Positions 29,776 to 38,350 are shown, numbered from the stretch's first letter. The stretch: 64,000 nt of DNA from Acetofilamentum sp. (GCA_020720625.1 DYOH01000001.1:29085-93084), one strand, 5' to 3'. Notes: a model not told the origin generated them from the letters alone. Made by a program: numbers and translations.

Positions 29776-31120
29776 AAATTATCAGTGGGAAACCATTCTG
29801 CTTAGTCTGTTTATTGGATTACTTGCCATTTTGGGAGCTTATGCTCTCATTGCAAAATGGTGGATTAGTACCATCTTTTTTTACACTTTGGTGATTATTT
29901 TGATATTTAGATTAGTCAGCATTTCTCAAAAACTCGTAACCAAATTGGAGCATTTCTTTAATAGTCTCAAATTTGAAGACTATACAGTAAGTGTAAGCGA
30001 AGATTTTCAGACAAAGGAATTTATGCAATTGAACAAATCGCTCTCGCAAATTGCAGATAATTTTAGAGAAATGAATTTTCAAAAGGAACGAAACTTGTTC
30101 TATTTACAACATATTATCGAGCATATAGATATAGGTATACTCGCCTTTAATCTCGAAGGAAAAATTGTTTTAATTAATAAAGCATTAAAAACCAGTTTAG
30201 GAATAAAGTCTATCGACGATGTATTTGCTTTTCAGGTAATTAATGCCGATTTGTTTCAAGCAATCGAAAAAATTACTCCTTTCGAACGTTTGCTAATTCA
30301 CTTTGTATATAACGAAAATACCTACAAATTGGCTCTTTATGCTACTAGTTTTAGCTTTGATAATGAGATAGTTAAATTGGTATCGTTTAAAAATATTCGT
30401 TCTGAACTCGAAAGGCAGGAATTAGATTCCTGGCAGAAATTAATTAGTGTGCTTACACACGAAATAATGAATTCAATTGCACCCATATCATCTTTATCGC
30501 AAACACTCGATATGATGCTTTCTCAAGTTGACATTAGGACAGATAATGACGAAATTTCGATGGATAAAGAAATATATCTGGACACAAAAGAGGCTCTTAA
30601 AACGATACATAAACGCAGCGACGGATTAATTCATTTTGTTCAAACGTATAGAAATATTACCAAAATTCCGATGCCTGTTTATAAACTTTTCGCTATAGAA
30701 GAGCTTTTTCAAAATGTTACTGGCATATTTAAAACTCAAACTGAAAAACAAAGCATAAATATTGAGTCATCTATTCAACCTCTTGATTTAGAGATATCAG
30801 CAGATATCAGTCTGATTGAACAGGTATTGATAAACTTACTTAAAAATGCCATTCAGGCAACTAGAAGTATTGAAAATCCGCAGATTAAACTTAGTGCTTT
30901 AATAAATACAACTGGCAATATAGAGATACAAGTAGAAGACAACGGGCCCGGAATTTTGCCCGAAGTTCTGGATAAAATATTTATTCCATTTTTTACAACA
31001 AAAACAGATGGTTCTGGTATTGGTTTAAGTTTGTCGCGTCAGATTGTAAATTATCATGGTGGTTCGCTTACCGTTTTTTCAGAGCCTAATGTAAAAACTA
31101 TATTTAAAATAATCATTTAA
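29765..31120 (+). CDS. Sensor histidine kinase (NtrY-like), cognate of the upstream regulator
   Basis: Two N-terminal TM helices, LTHEIMNSIAPI, NLLKNA, DNGPG, FFTTK..GSGIGL. Confidence 0.94.
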   Translation: MAFKNYQWETILLSLFIGLLAILGAYALIAKWWISTIFFYTLVIILIFRLVSISQKLVTKLEHFFNSLKFEDYTVSVSEDFQTKEFMQLNKSLSQIADNFREMNFQKERNLFYLQHIIEHIDIGILAFNLEGKIVLINKALKTSLGIKSIDDVFAFQVINADLFQAIEKITPFERLLIHFVYNENTYKLALYATSFSFDNEIVKLVSFKNIRSELERQELDSWQKLISVLTHEIMNSIAPISSLSQTLDMMLSQVDIRTDNDEISMDKEIYLDTKEALKTIHKRSDGLIHFVQTYRNITKIPMPVYKLFAIEELFQNVTGIFKTQTEKQSINIESSIQPLDLEISADISLIEQVLINLLKNAIQATRSIENPQIKLSALINTTGNIEIQVEDNGPGILPEVLDKIFIPFFTTKTDGSGIGLSLSRQIVNYHGGSLTVFSEPNVKTIFKIII

Positions 31121-31132
31121 TCAAATACTATT

Positions 31133-31510
31133 ATGAAGAATATTATTCACACAGAATTGGCTCCCAAAGCATTAGGGCCATATAGCCAAGGAGTAGAAAT
31201 CAATGGAATGCTTTTTGTTTCCGGTCAAGTAGCAATAAACCCCGAAACAGGTAAACTAGTGGAAGGCGGCATACAAGAACAAACAAAGCAAGTACTCCAA
31301 AATATTGCAGCAATTCTTGATGCAGCAGGTTATCAATTTTCTGATGTTGTAAAATCAACTGTTTTATTAAACGATATGTCGGATTTTGCAGCCATGAACG
31401 AAATTTATGCGCAGTTTTATACCGAAAATCAGCCTGCCAGAGCGGCATACTCCGTAAAAGGGTTACCAATTAATGCCTTGGTAGAAATTGAGACCATTGC
31501 AGTTAAATGA
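31133..31510 (+). CDS. ridA: RidA/YjgF family deaminase
   Basis: APKALGPYSQ, SGQV, MNEIY..F....PAR, VEIE. Confidence 0.93.
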   Translation: MKNIIHTELAPKALGPYSQGVEINGMLFVSGQVAINPETGKLVEGGIQEQTKQVLQNIAAILDAAGYQFSDVVKSTVLLNDMSDFAAMNEIYAQFYTENQPARAAYSVKGLPINALVEIETIAVK

Positions 31511-31730
31511 TAAAAAATCTATAAATCGGACAATTTGGCTTTTTAAAATCAACTTTTATTCTTAAATTTACAGAATGAATAAAAATATATCATCGTAAGG
31601 TATTTTTTTGAATATCATCAAGAATAAAAAAATAGATAGCGTATACTTGTATTTTTTCTGATTCTTATTGAAATATTTTACTGATGAAATGAGCATGAAT
31701 CGATTAAGTAATTGAAATTTGATTTTTTTT

Positions 31731-31746
31731 TGGCCAGTTTCATGCA
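31731..31746 (+). promoter_or_regulatory. Candidate sigma-54 promoter
   Basis: TGGCCAGTTTCATGCA: GG and GC at exact -24/-12 spacing, 23 nt before the ATG at 31770. Confidence 0.45.
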
Positions 31747-31769
31747 ACTTTAATATAAATTATGTACGG

Positions 31770-32309
31770 ATGAAAATAGAGTTTATTTTAGATGCCAAAT
31801 TGTCTAACGACTTAAAAACAAAACTGTATAATCACCTGAAATCTAAAAAACTAAATGGTGTTGAAAGTATTGATTGGGTTACTAGCCCTGCAAAACCTGG
31901 CGAAATGGGAAATGGAGCCGGTATACAGGCTATTGGCTCATTAATTAGTAATTCGCAAACCGGTATAGTTGAGCTTTTTAAAACCTTACAGACCTGGATA
32001 AACCTATATAAGCAAGAAATTACCATCAAGAGCGATAGTGGATTAACTTTCGCAATTACCACTAGGCAGTTAGATGATAGTACTTTAAAGGATTTGGTGG
32101 AGAAGTTTTTAGCCACAACTCAGGTTGTTGACAAAAAAAAGCCAAAATCCTTGCCAGCTAAAACTGAGAAGCCCAAGAAGGAACTTCCTCCTGAAAGCAA
32201 TGCAAAAGAAGTAAAAGAAGAAAAAGACAAAAAATCTAATGTCGAAATAACTCCACTACCAAATACGGAAATAGTTGAAGATAAAAAGAATAAAACACGC
32301 AAAAACTAA
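31770..32309 (+). CDS. EACC1-like protein with K/E/P-rich low-complexity tail
   Basis: PGEMG, amphipathic segment IVELFKTLQTWI and EITIK..SG hairpin pattern recognised by eye; the CDS is more certain than the family. Confidence 0.6.
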   Translation: MKIEFILDAKLSNDLKTKLYNHLKSKKLNGVESIDWVTSPAKPGEMGNGAGIQAIGSLISNSQTGIVELFKTLQTWINLYKQEITIKSDSGLTFAITTRQLDDSTLKDLVEKFLATTQVVDKKKPKSLPAKTEKPKKELPPESNAKEVKEEKDKKSNVEITPLPNTEIVEDKKNKTRKN

Positions 32310-33577
32310 ACATATTTTTTCCACCACATTTTTAAGCGCTCCAAAATTTTAGCTTCATGGGCATTTTTCCCCGGATTATAAAAGATTTTGTCTTTTAACT
32401 TATCTGGTAAATAGTTTTGCATTACAAAGTTACTATCATAGTTGTGCGGATAGAGATATTCCACCCCATAATTCAAACTTTTCATCAGTGGGGTAGGCGC
32501 ATTGCGCAATTGCAAGGGCACACTCAAATTCTCTGATGTTTTTATAAAATTTATTGCTTCGTCGATAGCTAGATAGGCCGAATTGCTTTTGGGCGATGTA
32601 GCTAAATAGATGCATATTTCGGATAGTATAATTCTGGCTTCCGGATATCCGATTACATGTACTGCATCGAATGCACTCTGAGCAAGCATTAAAGCGTTTG
32701 GGTTTGCTAGTCCGATATCTTCGGCCGCAAGTATTAGCAATCTTCGGGCTATAAATTTTAAGTCTTCTCCTGCTTCAAGCATTCTTGCCAACCAATATAT
32801 TGCGGCATTTGGGTCGCTTCCCCTAATGGATTTAATAAAGGCAGAAATAATATCGTAATGCATTTCACCATCTTTGTCGTAAGCAGCCATATTTTGCTGT
32901 AAACTGTTCTTTACTAATTCATTTGTAATTACTAATTTATTCCCATCCGAAAGATTTTTAAGTAAATCTAAAATATTCAATGCTTTACGGGCATCACCGC
33001 CGGAATAATTTAAAAGTGCATCGGTCTCCAGAAAATCAACTTCGAGCATTTTTAATTCACTGTCTTTGGCAATCGCCGATTTTAATAAATCCAAAATCTC
33101 GCTATTTGATAAATACTCAAGCACATAAACCTGGCATCGTGAGAGCAAGGGCTTTATTACTTCGAAAGATGGATTCTCGGTTGTAGCCCCAATAAGTGTT
33201 ACAATACCTTGTTCTACTGCTCCCAATAAACTATCTTGCTGTGATTTACTGAACCGGTGAATCTCATCAATGAACAATATAGCACCTTTCTGAAAATATT
33301 GTTGCTTTTTTGCCAGTTCTATTGTTTCTCTTACATCTTTTACTCCACTGTTTATGGCGCTTAAAGTATAAAAAGGCAAATCGGTAAGATTAGAAATAAT
33401 TTTGGCCAGAGTGGTTTTTCCTGTTCCTGGAGGCCCCCAAAGTATCATGGAAGGCACTTTCCCATTTTCTACAGCTTTTCTTATGGGCCCATTTTCTCCA
33501 ATTAAATGTTTTTGACCAAAGTAGTTGTTAAAGTCTTTGGGTCTCAGGCGTTCAGCTAGCGGAATATTTGTGCTCAT
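32306..33577 (-). CDS. rarA: Replication-associated recombination protein A (RarA/MgsA)
   Basis: PLAERLRP, WGPPGTGKTT, DEIHRF, GATTENPSF, SAFIKSIRGSD, PKSN; ATG at 33577. Confidence 0.97.
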   Translation of the reverse strand: MSTNIPLAERLRPKDFNNYFGQKHLIGENGPIRKAVENGKVPSMILWGPPGTGKTTLAKIISNLTDLPFYTLSAINSGVKDVRETIELAKKQQYFQKGAILFIDEIHRFSKSQQDSLLGAVEQGIVTLIGATTENPSFEVIKPLLSRCQVYVLEYLSNSEILDLLKSAIAKDSELKMLEVDFLETDALLNYSGGDARKALNILDLLKNLSDGNKLVITNELVKNSLQQNMAAYDKDGEMHYDIISAFIKSIRGSDPNAAIYWLARMLEAGEDLKFIARRLLILAAEDIGLANPNALMLAQSAFDAVHVIGYPEARIILSEICIYLATSPKSNSAYLAIDEAINFIKTSENLSVPLQLRNAPTPLMKSLNYGVEYLYPHNYDSNFVMQNYLPDKLKDKIFYNPGKNAHEAKILERLKMWWKKYV

Positions 33578-33658
33578 GGCAGAAAAAAATTTATTATGGT
33601 ATAACAATTGTACTTTCAAAAGTAAAAATTTTATAGCAATTTTATAGAAAATTCTAAG

Positions 33659-34999
33659 ATGAACCACTTATTCCTATACAACTTAATTTTCTTAAGTTTT
33701 TTAGTTCCAACATTGCATGCACAACATTCGAATTTAATCCCGAATTATAGTTTTGAAACTTTTTCGGTTTGTCCGCAGGATTACACTCATTGGAACTCCA
33801 CTTACCGCACCTTAACCGACGATTGGGTATATCCGACCAAAGGAACTCCAGATTATTTTAATCGTTGTAGTCATGGAATTGCTGGAGTACCAACTAATTT
33901 TGCCGGAATAACAGAACCTTTCGAAGGGAATGCTTATGCCGGAGTAATTGCGAGAGGGAGCAGAGCAAATTATCGCGAATACATTGCCACTAAATTAAAC
34001 GAACCATTGGTTAAGGGGGTAAAATATTGCCTCAAGTTTAAATTTAAACTTTCGAATTATTCGCGCTATGCTGTGCAGGATATGGGGGCATATATTTCTA
34101 AAACCACCTTGCGAACCGAAGATGACGGTAGCTTTGGCATTAAGCCACAAATAACTAATCCGGAGAATAATTGGCTCGACAATAAAATTGACTGGGGAAC
34201 ATTTTGTGGTACATTTGTAGCCGAAGGTGGTGAAATACAGCTTATTCTTGGTAATTTTAATTTAGATGATTCTACACAAGTGGTTGAAACAGATATCTCT
34301 GATGTTCATCCCAAAAGAGTAAAGGATTATGCATATTATTATATTGATAATGTGGAATTAGTTGCCATTCGCGATTGCTATGTTTGTAGTTGCAGTTTTG
34401 ATAATTTTGTAGACGCAACAATAGATGCCAAACCTGTGTCTGTTTTTGGTACAAACGATGGCGCCGCTGATTTAAATGTTCAAGTTGGAACGCCTCCTTT
34501 TAAATATTCCTGGTCGAATGGGGAAAATTCGGAGGATATTTCGGAGCTATATGCAGGCTACTATTTTGTGGAAGTGGCCGATGCTAATAATTGTAAATAC
34601 TCTTTTGATATTACAATAGAGCAGCCAGATACGGTATTTGCAGATATAGAAATGGGAATACCCAAAATTCTTAAGAGTATTTTTTTTGAATTTGACCAGG
34701 ATGTTTTTATTACATCGTCGTATAAGCAGCTCAACGATTTGGTAAATTATATGAAATACAACTCCAGTATTGAGATACAGATTTCGGGACATACCGATGA
34801 AAAAGGTAAAACAGGATATAATCAGGAACTTTCTGAAAAAAGAGCATTGGCGGTAGTCGATTATTTGGTACACAAGGGAATAGATGAAGAACGATTAAAA
34901 TATAAAGGTTACGGCGAAAACCGACCAATTGCAGAAAATACCACAGAAACTGGTCGACAGCTAAATAGGAGAGTCGAATTTGAAATTATTAAAAAATAA
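33659..34999 (+). CDS. OmpA-family protein (N-terminal beta-sandwich, SprB repeat, OmpA C-terminal domain)
   Basis: NLIPNYSFE...GTPDYF; DGAADL.V..GTPPFKYSWSNG...AGYY.V.V.DANNC; ISGHTD...LSEKRA...GYGE..P...NRRVEF. Confidence 0.9.
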   Translation: MNHLFLYNLIFLSFLVPTLHAQHSNLIPNYSFETFSVCPQDYTHWNSTYRTLTDDWVYPTKGTPDYFNRCSHGIAGVPTNFAGITEPFEGNAYAGVIARGSRANYREYIATKLNEPLVKGVKYCLKFKFKLSNYSRYAVQDMGAYISKTTLRTEDDGSFGIKPQITNPENNWLDNKIDWGTFCGTFVAEGGEIQLILGNFNLDDSTQVVETDISDVHPKRVKDYAYYYIDNVELVAIRDCYVCSCSFDNFVDATIDAKPVSVFGTNDGAADLNVQVGTPPFKYSWSNGENSEDISELYAGYYFVEVADANNCKYSFDITIEQPDTVFADIEMGIPKILKSIFFEFDQDVFITSSYKQLNDLVNYMKYNSSIEIQISGHTDEKGKTGYNQELSEKRALAVVDYLVHKGIDEERLKYKGYGENRPIAENTTETGRQLNRRVEFEIIKK

Positions 35000-36230
35000 G
35001 TTCGGTATTTGGAAAATCTGATTTAATTTTACCTCTTTTTATCGAGGGGATATTTGTATTTCTTAGATCTATCGAATATAATTGTTTGCACTTCATTAAA
35101 ACTCCAAGTGCTTGCTCGTAATTAAGGTTTGGATTAGAATTTAAATTTACAATGAGTAAATTATCGCAATTCGCCATTTCGGATGGTAAGGTTTTTATAT
35201 TGTTTCCATGTAAATCGATTTCCTCTAGTTGTTTCAGATTTCCAATTGCTGCGCTTATTTCGGATATCTGACAGGCATAAAAGTTTAGCTTTTTTAAGTT
35301 TTCTAATTGCCCTATTTCAGAAGAGATTTTGGTTAATTTGGAATTAAAACTTAAATCTAGTTCGCTAAGTTTTTTGCATTCGTATACTGCCATCGGTATT
35401 TCTGCGAAAGAGTTAATGCCTAGTTTTAATACTTTCAGAAACTGTAAATCTTTAATCTCCGGTGGCAGTGTTGTTAGAGCATTGGAGCGTAAATTTAGAT
35501 TCTGTAGTAATTCTAATTCCTTGATTAATGGTAATATATGCGATATTTTGTTTTCGCTTAAGTCTAATGCCTGAATATTTTTTAAGGTGAAAACTGTTTC
35601 CGGAACCGAAATCAATTTTTTTCTGGATAGCCTGAGTATAAATACATCATGTGGCATCAGAACTGCCTTTTCGAGTTCGGTAAACACAGGAGCCAGAATT
35701 AATTCTTCATCTGTTAGTAATGGATGTGATGGTTCAATTAAATCATTCTCACTAAAACTTATTCTACAATCGGGCAAACTAAATCTTAGCATATCTTGCT
35801 GGCTTTTACTTAGTTTATTGCTTCGCAGATTAAGTTTCCGCAGCGATTCCATCTGTACAATATTTTCGGGGAGCGTATCTAGTTCGTTGTATGGAATATT
35901 GAGCACTTGAAGGTTTTTTAAATGTGCAAATTCGTTTGGCAAACGAGTGATAAAATTATCTTCTAAGTGCAGTTCGCGAAGTTTTGCCAATTCTCCTATT
36001 TCTTTTGGAAGTGTACTTAATTCGTTACCTGCCAAATAGATGACTTCCAAATTTGTCAGATTTTTTATTTCTGAAGGCAATTCGGAGATACCGGAATATC
36101 TTAAATTCAATACTTTAACGTCTTTTGGATTAAGCAAAGCACTGTCTAAACTATAATAAACGCCATTTTGCCCAAATAAGGAATTAGTAGCCAACAAAAA
36201 AATCAGCAACGCCAAATTTTTCTTAATCAT
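34989..36230 (-). CDS. Exported leucine-rich repeat protein made of two capped LRR modules
   Basis: Signal peptide from the ATG at 36230; 23-aa LxxLxLxxNxLxxLPxEI repeats. Confidence 0.92.
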   Translation of the reverse strand: MIKKNLALLIFLLATNSLFGQNGVYYSLDSALLNPKDVKVLNLRYSGISELPSEIKNLTNLEVIYLAGNELSTLPKEIGELAKLRELHLEDNFITRLPNEFAHLKNLQVLNIPYNELDTLPENIVQMESLRKLNLRSNKLSKSQQDMLRFSLPDCRISFSENDLIEPSHPLLTDEELILAPVFTELEKAVLMPHDVFILRLSRKKLISVPETVFTLKNIQALDLSENKISHILPLIKELELLQNLNLRSNALTTLPPEIKDLQFLKVLKLGINSFAEIPMAVYECKKLSELDLSFNSKLTKISSEIGQLENLKKLNFYACQISEISAAIGNLKQLEEIDLHGNNIKTLPSEMANCDNLLIVNLNSNPNLNYEQALGVLMKCKQLYSIDLRNTNIPSIKRGKIKSDFPNTELIF

Positions 36231-36612
36231 AAATAGTACCGTTTTAGATAAGCTAATATACAAAATATTCCAGCAAAAATTGTGCAAATAGCAAAATAGA
36301 TTTTTTTGCTTGGTGAGCACATTTCAATTCGAATTTTTGCAAAAGGGGAGACTAAATAATCGCAATTATTTTTTGTATTCAAGGTAAAAATAGCCATGAG
36401 TTATGGTTTGCAGGCTACTGAAAAGCGGCTATAACCAAAAGTTATCAGAGCAAAAATAGCTTGATATACGTATTTATCTGATAAAAATGATACTTAAATA
36501 ACAGATAAAGCTTGCAAATAAGGTGAATTTTGTATATCAATTTTACGTCGATTTGTTAATTATGCCAGAAGCGCCTGTACTTAACCGATGCCAATGTAGT
36601 ATAAAGCGCGTG

Positions 36613-36640
36613 CGTTCTACAAGTGTATATTATGTTAAGT
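36613..36640 (+). other. dif-like XerC/XerD recombination site
   Basis: CGTTCTACAAG-TGTATA-TTATGTTAAGT; the last 17 nt match E. coli dif (TGTATA-TTATGTTAAAT) at 16 of 17; XerC arm divergent; intergenic. Confidence 0.75.
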
Positions 36641-37030
36641 GGAATGAGTAGTAGTATATGTAAAGTCCTGTATTCTAGTTATTTATATTGCTGTTTATAC
36701 TCTCTAATTGCATAAGGAATTTTCACAAAAAAAATGATGTTGTAACGTGGATGCAATGGGGAAGTATATGGTGTTTTGGATAAATATTATCTTTATATTA
36801 CTGATTAACAGATATTTAGGCATATTGCTGTTATTCCAAATAAAAAAAGTAACAAAAAAATTTTATAAGGTTTGTTTACATTGGCTGTATTTCATTTTTT
36901 TTTAATAGAAAATTTATCTGTTTCACAAGCTTTACTTTTTTAGTAAAGTTACATATTGTATTTTATAAAAACAGACGAAATTTCTTTTGCGATACAATCT
37001 AATTGAAAAAAAATGCACAAAAAAATCACA

Positions 37031-37146
37031 GTTTACAATTGTTATTTACAATATTATATACAATTGTATACAAAAAACAGGTCGAAATTATACTGATGTA
37101 TACAATTTTGACTAAAAACTTTTTTGTATCGTGATGTATATTTGTA
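37031..37146. repeat. Palindromic motif cluster A (WWACAWWTGT / TGTATACA)
   Basis: TTACAATTGT 37033, ATACAATTGT 37058 (within perfect palindrome TATACAATTGTATA 37057-37070), TGTATACA 37065 and 37097. Confidence 0.75.
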
Positions 37147-37684
37147 AAATTAGCGGATAGCGTATTTCTCATATAATGAGCGTATTATATTACTTTAAGT
37201 TTATCTTTACATTAGATAATGCAAAATACAACAATACTTGTGTAATGCTAATCTGAAAATCGAGGACGGAATATATAAATAATAGTTTTTAAGTGTATTA
37301 AATAGCATAATGCATATTTTATACCAAAGTAGTAGATATTCTAACGTAATTAGCTTTATAAATCTAGTAATATCAAGCTTAATTATTCTATTATGTTGAA
37401 TTATAGTTAAATAAATGTGAAAGAATATGCGGCTTTTTAATTAGTTTTCATAAGATTGATGGCAACTATATAGAAATAGATGGAATAAACTGCTCCATTA
37501 TTCTAAAAATTCAGTCAATATTTACTACAATTATTAAATGGGATAGGATTGTACAAATTTTTGCCTTAAAATCGCTCTATAGACGTGCTGCAAACAGTAT
37601 ATCGCTATATAATTATACCCTACTTAGGAAATAACAGTTCGAAATTTTTTATAGCCATTTTAGAATTTATCAGAAAATTACTTA

Positions 37685-37810
37685 TGTATACAAAATTAAA
37701 CTCCGACCTGTTACAATTGTATACAAATGTAAACACCTAGGTTAAACAAAATTTGTAAAAAAAAATTACATTCGGATACAATTGTAAACAAAATATTCAT
37801 TACATTTGTG
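37685..37810. repeat. Palindromic motif cluster B, overlapping the HTH-gene promoter
   Basis: TGTATACA 37685; TTACAATTGT-ATACAAATGT-AAACA 37711-37735 (10-bp period); ATACAATTGT-AAACA 37776-37790; TTACATTTGT 37800-37809 contains a TAnnTTTG -7 element. Confidence 0.8.
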
Positions 37811-37813
37811 AAT

Positions 37814-38338
37814 ATGATTCAGGATGTAAACAAGCGGGTTGTCGAAATTCAGGACAGATATCAGCTTACCAGTGCGCAATTCGCTGCCAGGCTTGGTATT
37901 CAGCGTGCTCGACTTTCGCATTTATCTAACGCCCGTAACAATGTTAGTTTGGATTTCCTGCTCACTGTACTTACTAAATTTCCTGATGTAAATGCCGAAT
38001 GGCTCATGCGTGGAAAAGGGTCTATGATTAGAGATACCAACGAAGGTAAATTTGAAAAAACCGCACCAAAAATCCAGGAGCCTGATCGTAAACCTGAAAA
38101 ATCGGAGCCTGTAGAAAAGACCCTAATTAATGAAGATAAAAACCCCCAAGTTAATAAACTTGATCAGAGTATAAACCAAAATAACCGCAATCAAAACCCT
38201 GAGCATAGCGAAGCATCCAATGTAATAAATTCGCAGATGGTTAATAATTTTTTTACTCCCCAAACTAATGGAAAACGAATAATTAACGTTGTATTAGTAT
38301 TTTCGGATAATACTTTTAGACCATTAAATCTCGAATAA
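37814..38338 (+). CDS. XRE/Cro-CI-type helix-turn-helix protein with disordered linker and short C-terminal beta motif
   Basis: SAQFAARLGIQRARLSHL..ARNNVSLD...FPDVNAEWLMRGKGSM; C-terminal RIINVVLVFSDNTF; start at 37814 (ATG) or 37808 (GTG). Confidence 0.88.
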   Translation: MIQDVNKRVVEIQDRYQLTSAQFAARLGIQRARLSHLSNARNNVSLDFLLTVLTKFPDVNAEWLMRGKGSMIRDTNEGKFEKTAPKIQEPDRKPEKSEPVEKTLINEDKNPQVNKLDQSINQNNRNQNPEHSEASNVINSQMVNNFFTPQTNGKRIINVVLVFSDNTFRPLNLE

Positions 38339-38342
38339 TTTC

Positions 38343-38350
38343 TATATTTG
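38343..38350 (+). promoter_or_regulatory. Bacteroidota -7 promoter element for pyrD
   Basis: TATATTTG, 21 nt before the ATG at 38372. Confidence 0.5.

Larger units (their letters stand above)
36321..37807. other. Long AT-rich non-coding region, candidate replication-terminus locus
   Basis: No ORF of 60 aa or more in any frame over ~1.5 kb; contains a dif-like site and palindrome clusters. Confidence 0.7.

Noticed and set aside
32306-33577. rarA near the dif-like site as part of a terminus module
   Set aside because: It is 3 kb away and separated by unrelated genes; nothing in the sequence supports more than coincidence.
36734-36749. ATGTTGTAAC, identical to the E. coli Ter core, about 100 bp from the dif-like site
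   Set aside because: The conserved lock-position G and the 3' flank are missing, it is a single copy, and no tus-like gene is present in the window; probably chance or a half-site of the local motif.
37057-37733. MITE or IS remnant bounded by terminal inverted repeats
   Set aside because: The repeats are gapped and internally palindromic, the motif continues outside them, and no target-site duplication or transposase fragment is visible.
36321-37807. oriC interpretation of the long AT-rich intergenic region
   Set aside because: No perfect TTATCCACA box seen, only isolated near-matches such as TTATCCAAA on the minus strand near 36775; no dnaA/gidA context; the dif-like site points to the terminus. 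GC skew would decide.
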